A stretch of 64,000 nucleotides of DNA, from the NCBI GenBank assembly GCA_965235115.1, contig OZ249436.1, forward strand, positions 45,882,001 through 45,946,000. The letters run 5' to 3'. Shown in pieces: positions 24,139 through 34,800 of this stretch. The stretch comes from Laetmonice hystrix (Eukaryota). Numbering within the stretch: the stretch's first letter is position 1; every line of letters begins with the position of its first letter. The position numbers were made by a program, and so were the translations under genes. A model generated the notes under the pieces. That model did not search any database. It worked only from the letters and a program-made list of their open reading frames with translations, and was not told the DNA's origin.

Positions 24139-24655
24139 GTGACATGTGATAGGACCATGTTCATACTACGCAGCTGTGGGGGAAGCCGTCGTATAGTGAT
24201 GTCGTAATGACACATAAGGACTTGAAAATGAACTGGAATGGGGGAAACATTGAAGTAAATTTACCTCATGAAGAATGTCTGTCGATTAAGAGATTCTAAA
24301 ACGGACCTGTGTGTGTCCTTTTCCCAAAAGGACAGCACTAAATTACAGACACACGGCAACTAACAATATTGATTCAAAGTCCTCTTGATTTTGCTATATA
24401 TGAAGCCCCTTCAATTCCATTTCGATAATTGTATATATTTTAGTAACAAGGATGGAATAGTCTAAATGTTGGGCCAATCAACCGATCAGTGAACAGCCCT
24501 TGTTCAAACTGCTTGGGAAGCGGTTGACGTGCATTGTGTATAATACCAATATAATATGACAATAATATTTTTGTAAATACAGTTTCAATACCGTTATGTA
24601 TATTCTGGAGTTTTGTCAACAGAGGATGTATTTTATGAGAAAATGTGATGTTAGA

Positions 24656-24661
24656 AATAAA
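24656..24661 (+). promoter_or_regulatory. Candidate polyadenylation signal for PHM (would give a 3' UTR of about 2.7 kb)
   Basis: AATAAA preceded by AT-rich, UTR-like sequence (TGTAAATA near 24572) and followed by a pyrimidine-rich tract. No transcript evidence. Confidence 0.35.
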
Positions 24662-25358
24662 GGTACGTTCGATACTCCAAACCCTGTTCTTCTTGTCTTC
24701 CTACTTTCACTTTATCTTGTTTAATGGCATCCAAAAGTAAAGTGGCATTCTCAGGGGCACGTCCTCATGTAGGAACGATAGACATGAGGTTTTTTTCTCT
24801 CGATGGCAGGTTTCTTTTGCTGCCAGTACCGCCATTCCACGGGACACCGGGAACATTATGTTCCACATAGACTGTGCACGTTTTGAACGTCGTATTCTTG
24901 CCATATTCTTGAGTATGGATGATGTAAGTACAGCCGATAAAAACCTCCAAATGACTTGTCCACCACCTCCGGCCTCCTCGCGTTATCATCATACGGGTTT
25001 CCCTTCCTAGTCGATTTCCAGACCTAGCTTTCCAGCTTTGGCATGGCCACATACGCCATCTAGTGTCTTTTCAGGGCTGAAATACGCCCCCTGGTGACAG
25101 TAACGTAAACCACTAAGTATAAGTGGCGCCCCCTTATCGCAAAACACGATAGGCACGAATTATTAATATGAGGGAATGGTCGTGACGTCATAGAAATGAG
25201 CGATAAAAGATGCTAAACCTACCCCTAACCCTTACCTGACACTCATTATCGCTCATTTGGTGACGTCACGGCCATTCCCCGACTTGTGCCCAAATTTCAA
25301 ATTACGCCAACCACAATGCCTGATATGAAACCATGGTGGGAGTATCGAACGTCTACCT
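24661..25358. mobile_element. Putative MITE between the two genes
   Basis: AGGTACGTTCGATACTCC at 24661 and GGAGTATCGAACGTCTACCT at 25339..25358 are inverted copies with a 2-nt indel. TSD unclear. Confidence 0.55.
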
Positions 25359-26350
25359 AATTATTATGTTCAGACTCCTTTCTTGTCGGCGTAAAAATCG
25401 CCTCACTCACTTCCCCCTTCCTTGTTGAATACCCTTGGCGATGACCTCTAGTTTTCAGCTGCATGGGTTCATGTTTCGCAAGGGTCAATAAACAACCATA
25501 GAATTAACCTTTCATAATCCATGCCAGGAGTTGATCCACGTCTTTGGTAAAGGGCTGGGGTGGGGTGGGGGGGGGGGGCGTAAAAAGGAAATTTTGCTAC
25601 GGAGGGGTTTCACCAGGTGTCAATTCAGAAAGTTTTGTGAGGGAAAAGAAATCTTGGTTTTGCTCCAAAAAAATTTAAAACAGTTGGTCAATCGACTGCA
25701 CTAAATGTTCAATCGGCCGCCGGGATCAGAGACCACACCACACATCCGGCGGATTCCCGGTAAATGACCGTAGAATGTCTACACGTTCACTGTCCGAGTC
25801 TAGTTCCTAAAAGCAAAGTAAACCGGAAATGGCTTGGTCGTTCCGATTGCTGTTGTCATTTTTGTAAGCGTAGGCCTAGGGCCTAAGTTCAGAAGCCATT
25901 CGTACGAAAACTGAAGTTTGAAATCAAAAGACCGAACCATTAATAATTATTTCTATTTATTTATTTATCATTATTCCATACGTAAATAAAAATGACACGA
26001 TGGTTTGAACACACTCTATATACCGGACCCGCCCGTCGAACCGGAAGTAACCTGATCCTAACAAATAAACTTTCCGATTTCCAAATGGAACGTAGGTCAA
26101 TACCGACATTGTAGGCCGCGCTTGGGGTCAACATGAATATATACCGCTCAGAAACCCCTCACTGAGGAAGGGGGGGGGCATTTTGACGTGTTGGCAGAAA
26201 CATGAGACCTTCTCGCTCCCGTGTCGCACGCATATTCCATTAACAGAGACTGAGATGGAGAAGGTGTGAGCGAACAGTGTGTGTATAATGTCAGCGAGGA
26301 ATATAGATGGAAATCTTTGGTCACACTGTTAGGATTGATAGATATGCCTG

Positions 26351-26948
26351 TCTGAAGGTGTGAAAGAAGATATAGACCTAGCACATATTCATTACGGTGT
26401 AAAGGCAGTATCTGAAGGTGTCATAGAGGATATAGAGCTAAGCCATATTCATTACGGTGTAAAGGCAGTATCTGAATGTGTTACAGAGGATGTAGAACTA
26501 AGCCATATTCATTACGGTGTAAAGGCAGTATCTGAATGTGTTACAGAGGATGTAGAACTAAGCCATATTCATTACGGTGTAAAGGCAGTATCTGAAGGTG
26601 TCATAGAGGATATAGAGCTAAGCCATATTCATTACGGTGTAAAGGCAGTATCTGAATGTGTTACAGAGGATGTAGAACTAAGCCATATTCATTACGGTGT
26701 AAAGGCAGTATCTGAATGTGTTACAGAGGATGTAGAACTAAGCCATATTCATTACGGTGTAAAGGCAGTATCTGAATGTGTTACAGATGATGTAGACCTA
26801 AGCCATATTCATTACGGTCTAAAGGCAGTATCTGAATGTGTTACAGATGATGTAGACCTAAGCCATATTCATTACGGTCTAAAGGCAGTATCTGAAGGTG
26901 TGAAAGAAGATATAAACCTAGCACATATTCATTACGGTGTAAAGGCAG
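26351..26948. repeat. Minisatellite, 60-bp unit, 10 copies
   Basis: Units align exactly with the 60-nt lines: TCTGAATGTGTTACAGAGGATGTAGAACTAAGCCATATTCATTACGGTGTAAAGGCAGTA. Confidence 0.96.
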
Positions 26949-28218
26949 GTTGCCTTTAGTTTAAACACGGACGACTCAAACCCCTGTGCATAAAAGGCAG
27001 CAAATACACCCAATGAATTCACCGACAGGAGCAAGATTCCTCAGGTCTTATATCGTTTGCTGATTGGTCGACTTGGCATTTAGCCATACTCAAATCCGAC
27101 TGGAAAAACTTCGATATGTTTTTGCGCTGACAATACACCACTGGACTGTACCACCACTACGCCGCATGGTTTAGTGTGGTACGGTGGGGAGGGAGACTTT
27201 GGCCCAGGGCGATGACGGGGGATGAAGGCGTGTGGGTCCAGTTTATGATGACATGCCGTGTTGATAGCAATGAGATCTTACTGGAATACACCGCTTCCAT
27301 CCTCTGGGTGCACCCCTGCCATCATTCAGTAAATTACTTTATAAGTTGGCAGTTAGCTCTTATTGTTGACGGTCTTTTATCACATTTTATCATTTTTAGT
27401 CTTTGTCCTACATGTATAGGCCTACTGATGTATTTACGTGTTGTGTTTGGGGTTGTTGTGTCTTGTGTAGTTCTTGTGTCTGGTCTGAATGCTATATCTG
27501 GAATGCTGTACACTGTGACTCGAGCAGCTTGAAGGTCATCATGAAGGTCACTCCATACGGATAAACACGAGATGGTTAGAACAGCTAGACTAATCCAGTT
27601 ATAGTCTCACAAAATGCTTACACTGATATGACCCGTACCACAATGACATCTGAATGTCATTTCTACACGATTCGTATAACAGGCACTTAGGTCCTCATAG
27701 TTCGTGGCAATGATGAGCCGTGGGGAGTTCCCCTAATGTTAAATGTTGTGTGAAACCAACATTAGTCCTGATTAGTTTCCCTCGACTCGACTTCCGTGAT
27801 TAAAGTCGGTTCTCTGAAGAATAGATCATTATACAATGGAGTTTGTCACACAAAGCCATCAGAATCCAATGGAGAATCCTGGTGTGTGTTCAGAGCAACT
27901 TGTGTCAATGAAATTTCGACAATTGTCCTCTCTTGCTGTCGAGAACGTTTATATAAAAATAGAAAAGGTAAAAAAATACCATCACAAAGAAGAAATAGTA
28001 GTACTCCTCTCTTCGAGCCTGGTCTTCAGAACGACAGACTCCAACTTACGACTGGATATTTCCCACACTAAGAGGTAATATCTGCATGGATTCCTACTCT
28101 AAGCAACACGAGAGGCGTATATGTTAGGGAAAGTTAAATGTTTGTCCGATCAACGTGTACAATATCTAAGGCGTATACCCTTCATCGAAGGCATTAGCGG
28201 CGTACAGTCACTTTGGTG

Positions 28219-28470
28219 GTTATTGGTACCGTTTATTGAATATGTTATTGGTACCGTTTATTGAATATGTTATTGGTACCGTTTATTGAATATGTTACTG
28301 GTACCGTTTCTTGAATATGGTATTGGTACCGTTTATTGAATATGGTATTGGTACCGTTTATTGAATATGTTATTGGTACCGTTTATTGAATATGGTATTG
28401 GTACCGTTTATTGAATATGTTATTGGTACCGTTTATTGAAGATGTTATTGGTACCGTTTATTGAATATGT
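28219..28470. repeat. Minisatellite, 25-bp unit, 10 copies, about 110 bp past the receptor stop codon
   Basis: Unit GTTATTGGTACCGTTTATTGAATAT. Confidence 0.95.
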
Positions 28471-28579
28471 AGATTCCTGTTAAAATCACGAGTAACAGAC
28501 CGATGAGCGTGACCGGACTCTCCAGACATTCTTCTACATATAATGATGATGAGGCACGCGTATAGAGAGCTTCATGGAT

Positions 28580-28864
28580 TCACCGTGGGAATATGAAGAC
28601 TGTGGAGGTTGTTAACGCAACTAGATAGAAGATAAAGAAACAACGATCCAATATGGCCGCTAGTGTATGCCACCGATGTATGACATCGAGGTTCCGACCA
28701 CTCCGGTCGCGCACCTTGTACTGCGCATGCCTGTCGGAACCACTTCCGTTCAAACGCTCGAGGTACATGCCATTCTCTGACGTGTCATCATAGGTGGCGC
28801 TGGTGTTTATGGCCACTTTGTTGACCTTGATGCACAGTGCCCTGGCGACTGTATAAAGGAATCC
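28580..28864 (-). CDS. nAChR-like terminal exon (intracellular loop, M4, TGA stop)
   Basis: ttgcag acceptor; GFLYTVARALC...WHTLAAILDRCFFIFYLVALTTSTVFIFPR*. Confidence 0.92.
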   Translation of the reverse strand, partial: GFLYTVARALCIKVNKVAINTSATYDDTSENGMYLERLNGSGSDRHAQYKVRDRSGRNLDVIHRWHTLAAILDRCFFIFYLVALTTSTVFIFPR

Positions 28865-31800
28865 CTGCAACATATTATAAATAAACCCATTTAATAATCC
28901 TATAGCGTGGAAAAAATATCAATTTTCTTTTATTTCAATAAGTTGATTTATTCAATGGTCATTCCCCGTTGACCATCAATACCTCAGCGGACCACAGAGT
29001 GCCAGAAGCAGTGAGCTGTTTGTTGAAAACCCTCTAGCAGCATGACCAACATAATCTTAGTTTAGGTAAGAATTCAACCCGTCCCGTGACTCCATACACG
29101 TACACAATACCCGTGCTCTATAGATCATTTTTACCACATTTGTCACAGGTCACCACTTTTGTCACACATATTTCCACTTTTGTCACAGGTCACCACTTTT
29201 TTCACAAAATCGCCCACTTTTGTCGTTCTCGAACACACCACTTTAGTCATAATTTTTTGACCAGCTTTGCCAAACGTGTCAAGACCACGACTTTTGTCAT
29301 GCACCACTCTGCCTACTGTTGTCATACCGAACACTCCTCCCTAAAAACCTAGCTTTCGACTAAAAAATCTCCTCCTCCTCTCCCTCCTCCTCCTCCTGTG
29401 CTATAGCTGACTACTTGTATGATTCTGGCGTACAATGTACGATTTTTGTACCCGTTTGTAAATAGAGTTGGTGAAAGATATACGCACTCCTCTAATAAAT
29501 TCTTGTGCTATAAATACCAGGTGGTGGTTTCTATTGTCCAAGTTTGTTTGTCACACCTCACGCCGGTGACTCTGTACGTCAGTCAGTTTCAGTCAACAGT
29601 TTTACCTGCAAACCGTACGACACCGTCAGACATGCTTGGTTGTAGCACCTTTACTTAACTTGGACAGACAGAACGGTGGAAATGGTGTCTTGAATAAATG
29701 AAATAATGTTCTACCTGGGAAACCTTCTGATGTTTAAGTCGGTGTTCACTTATATTGCTTTGTGATAAAGAACCCACTAAAATACAGCCATGTAGGTAAT
29801 TGGTTTTGGAGGTGAGACCCTAATTTGTATATAAATGACTGTAACTATGTGGACCTTGACGCTGGGTGACGACTGTCGTATGCAGAACGTCGGTGTCACG
29901 TGACCCATTGCCCATGTTGCCCTGATTTTATCATTTTTATTAATATCTTTTAATAAAATCGACTTGCAGGAGGAAACTATGGATCGTCACCCCATTTGTA
30001 GTGCTCCAGACGGGATCTACACCTCCAAGGCGTTGGTTGTCGCCTGTAAAATGTTTTTATCTTACTACAACAATGTGGCTGTGTTGGACACCACTCTGGA
30101 GGTCCAGCTTGACCTCCCCACTATATAGAGCCACTAAACCACTGGTCACATGTACAGTGAACGGTCACGTCTGAAAGTATCGCTTAGATGACTCGGGTCT
30201 GTCTCCCATGAACTGGCTGATGGGTCTGAAGGAGCTTGCATGGGTCCACGTTCGGTCGTAGTCTGGCAACACGTGCTGATGGTTCAAACACTGACAGTAT
30301 GATGAGTCACTTAGTGTCCACTTGGAGCCGGGAGGGTGCAAGGCTGAGAAAAGTGTGATACGACTCTTCTAAAGGGATGTAGCAATACAACCCGTTCCCC
30401 GTCAGTGGGTCGATCTGTGGCATAGTTCCGTATGGCGGCTACCATTGGGTTACCACGTGTTGTCTCAGACGCCAGATCTTCGAACGGTAGGATGAACGTA
30501 TCTAGGCGACCAAGTTCAATTTTTCTTTTTTCTTTTCTTTTCTTTTCTCAAATTTCTCGTTGACAAATCGTAAATGCGTAAATCGTACAGTGTACAACCG
30601 GGTTAAAAAATCGTACATTGTACGCCAGAATCGTACACGTAGTCAGCTATAGCACAGGAGGAGGAGGAGGAGGAGGAGGAGGAGATTTTTGAGTCAAAAA
30701 CTAGGTTTTTAGGGAGAAATGTTCGGTATGACAACAGTAGGCAGAGTGGTGCATGACAAAAGTCGTGGCCTTGACAAGTTTGACAAAACTGGTCAAAAAG
30801 TTATGACTAAAGTGGTGTCCTCCAGAACGACAAAAGTGGTGATCTGTGACAAAAGTGGTAAATATGACAAAAGTGGTAGCTAGGCTGCGGGCCCGAATGG
30901 CATCTACATGGCGTCTCAACAAAAAACCGAAATTCTACAATATATGATTTCGTGAGGAAATTTTACTAACTGATTACCACGTGTAGATAGGTTACCAAGT
31001 GTATCTGATAGGTCAAAACCTTCTCTTTCCAAGGGTGTGTCAATTTCCTCAATCGAATCAGAGTTGACCGAATTATTATTGTTTTCCTTCCACAAGATGA
31101 ATGTAGCCTGGGGCCAAGTTAATAGGTGAAAGGCAAACAATAATAATTCGGTCAACTGTGAATGGATTTAGGAAATTGACACACTATTGGAAAGAGGAGG
31201 GATACGTGCATATGACAATCATGCACTCAATAGCTTTAATAGTTGAGAAATAACCCTGTTGCTACATGAACCACTCCCAAACAGAATGAGCGATAATAGA
31301 GGATTACCACACCGTCATGAGCCAGCGAGGTGGCGTATCGTTGAACCGGGACTGGCCAATGTTGATGATAACCACAGAGAGGATCGTTGACACGGCGATG
31401 AGGACCATGTTCACACAGTAATGGATCCCTGCAACGATTAGATAACATTTGTACATTCTCTTACAACAGGTCTCGAGTTTAAACATCACCTTCGGTTACG
31501 TTGATACCATGTACTCTATCAGTTCGATAGTTGCCGCAAGCTTCGGAAGAAATGAAATTTTACCTCTCCTAGTTCTGTATTCATGAATAAGGAAGGGTTG
31601 GTAAAGACAGTCTGTGCTGTAGGTATAGTGTTTTACACGGGAGTTTGTTTAAAATCTTATTCCTACTCCAGCGGATCATTCCGCCATGGACTGCGACTGG
31701 GAGCATTAATTGTCAATTGGTCATCCACAGACAATGATTTGACATTTATAAGGTAACCCTGTTTAGGTGGAAATGGGTTTTTACATAGTTTGCAGACGTT

Positions 31801-34800
31801 TTTAAACAAAGAAAGAACTACCGATGTAGCTCTACTCTCTGCAACATTAACGTAACAAATATGTGTCAAAGATAAGGTCCAGTTCGTGTCAAAGATAAGG
31901 TCCAGTTTGTGTCAAAGATAAAGTCCAGTTTGTGTCAAAGAAAAGGTCCAGTCTGTGTCAAAGATAAGGTACAGTTTGTGTCAAAGATAACGTTCAGTTT
32001 GTGTCGAAGATAAGGTTCAGTTCGTGTCAAAGATAAGGTCCAGTTTGTGTCAAAGATAAGGTCCAGTCTGTGTCAAAGATAAGGTCCAGTTTGTGTCAAA
32101 GATAAGGTCCAGTTTGTGTCGAAGGTAAGGCTCAGTTCGTGTCAAAGATGAGGTCCAGTTCGTGTCAAAGATAAGGTCCAGTTTGTGTCAAAGATAAGGT
32201 CCAGTCTGTGTCAAAGATAAGGTCCAGTTTGTGTCAAAGATAAGGTCCAGTTTGTGTCGAAGGTAAGGCTCAGTTCGTGTCAAAGATAAGGTCCAGTCTG
32301 TGTCAAAGATAAGGTCCCGTTTGTGTCAAAGATAAGGTCCAGTTTGTGTCGAAGGTAGGATTCAGCTTGTGTCAAAGATAAGGTCCAATTTGTGTCAAAG
32401 ATAAGGTGGGCACCCACCAAGCCGGGAGATGGAGGCTGATGTGGGCGGTGATGACTGAACGAGTATCAGCAGGAGGATGAAGAAGCTGGAGAAGAGACTC
32501 ATGCCTGGAAGATTAAAACAAATCTCTGAGCAACCAATGACATTTTAAATTTAGGATACTTTTTCAATTAAAGTTCATACAGCATCCTATTTCAGTTTAG
32601 TGCCCTGGAGATTCTTACCTTGACGCACACATTTCGAGTAAGGTAGGAGGTGTAGTGTTGAACAAAATTAATGTCAAATACACCAATATTTCACAAGTAC
32701 AAAGCTTATTATACAATTATATAATGTTTTTACTATTATAGTAAGAGCGTAGATTTTTTTCTTGGACCTTGTCTAGGGCGAGTTCTTTCTTTCTCTCTTG
32801 TTACGGTAAGCCAGCTTGACGTTGTGACTGTTAAAGCAGGGCAGTAATTTAGAGGTGTCAGGTAGAACTGACCTGCATATAATATACACCACCTACAAAT
32901 TGACCCACCTACTGCCGTCCTATCTGGCCTCTGTGCTGGGATCCAAAACAAGACGAGTGTCAGACAGGAGAGTAGGATGCACGGCAGTACCAACAGATAG
33001 ATGTAGAATGTCGACTGTCGGCGCATAGTCAGGTTAAAAATGATCTCAGGATATGGGTCCGTGTCAAAGAACGGGTACTGGCGAATGTGGCGAATCCCGG
33101 ACGTCCTCAGGATATCCCACTCGGAACTCTGGATATACTCATGGAGATCAATATCCATGCGGCTCTCGTAGAGTCGTAAGTCGACCTTGTACTCGTCGTA
33201 AGTCCACGACCCGAACTTAAACATACACGTTTGTTCATCAAACGGGAAGTCTTTCATATTGATCTCACAGGAGCTGTGGTAGATGGCAGGCGGTATCCAT
33301 TTAACTGTTCCGTTAAAATAAACCGCTACTAACTCTTCGTGTTGCTTGACCTGTTCGTCTGCACTGAGAACAAGGAGAGACAAAGTTAAGTGACATGTGA
33401 CACAGTTAACGTTCTCAAAGCCACCACGAGGAACAAGCAGGTTTAGCACTCTAATTATGATCAGGAGGTTTCTCAGATATCCAAACAGATTCTTTTAGTA
33501 TGATGTTCTTAAGTTGAGTATCTTGCGGTAACATTAGTTTGGAATTTCATATTTCAAAACTGGATTTTTACGGTTTCTTTCCATGTTCAACAACTCCGAA
33601 TGACATTCGCCAGAGTTCTAGAACATGTGCTAACCCTGCCAAGCCTCACAAGGGTGGCTGCGTGTCAGTGATATTTCGCTCAGGCCAACAAAAAGCTGCA
33701 TGTGTACACCTAGGGGGAGGGGGAATCAAACACAGTACATGCGTACATGGAGGCTGATTTCACATTTAAAACTCTTATTTAGCGACTCACACTAACCTGC
33801 CGTACGTTCCAGAACTAGAATCGCGCATCTCTGAGTAGTGAGAAAATTGTCTGAAATCAAGTGGGACACGCTCTAAGTTTCTCTTTTCGTTTGAATTAAT
33901 TCTGGTACCTGCTCGCAAAAACTTTAAATCACTCCGGAGAACTGGCACCAAAGAACATGCATGGATACTTCTTCAAACATGTCCTGAAATCGGTTCATCA
34001 AAAATGTTACTTTGTCATTTGAAAAATGTATCCGACATTATAAGGTCAACCAGTTGTCGTGAGGCCATTCTAACACGGATCTTTGTTCTAGGCCAACAAT
34101 CTACTAAGAAATATTTTTGCATCTCCTATTTCCCTACATCAGTGTAAAAAATACAGAAATGTAGAAAAGAATAGATGCATTTATATTGTACAATGTGTGG
34201 CCATTCTGAAAATTACGATTATAACTCTGACATAAATTACCAGTGAAAAGACCGTTTCCTTGTAACATGATATTGGACCATCGAGATCGTAAACAGAGGT
34301 TTCCTTGTAAGATGATACTGGACCATCGAGATCGTAAACAGAGTAATTTCTTATCGTATGGAAGGATCATTATCCCCATCGATCGTGGTAAAGGTATGAT
34401 TTGATTACGCCGTAATTTAATTGTAATGTTATGCTATCAATTTATAATTTTATTCCCATACTCTCCAAGACCACGGCATTTTTTTAATATTAATCATCCG
34501 CAGAAAATGACGCCAATTGAAACGCGACTTGAGCCCTGAATCAGAAACGTCTCCGTTTCTACCCGTATAGTATTGACGATATGCAAATAAATCATGAATT
34601 AATTGTCTGTTATATCCACATTTACAAAGTTTACATCATCTTCTCGTATTCCGTGCTTCCATGCAGGAGTTTCCCGGTGACGTGGATGGGAGTTAATCAT
34701 CATTCTTTCAGTTAGTAAGACCTAACATTATCGTTTTCTGCGTCATCATAACCACAATGTTAGCACGATATTGAACAGTGGCCACGACACCTTTTTCTTG

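Noticed and set aside
26360..26959. 199-aa ORF of 20-aa repeats
   Set aside because: Coextensive with a 60-bp minisatellite, non-ATG start, no flanking coding sequence.
22000..28500. Search for PAL exons downstream of PHM (bifunctional PAM)
   Set aside because: No PAL/NHL-repeat motifs in the ORF track or by eye; PHM ends with an in-frame stop.
33055..33070. Loop C coding DNA (GGTCCGTGTCAAAGA) resembles the 23-bp minisatellite unit about 650 bp away
   Set aside because: Only a 10-nt exact match plus a gapped 5-mer; not distinguishable from chance.
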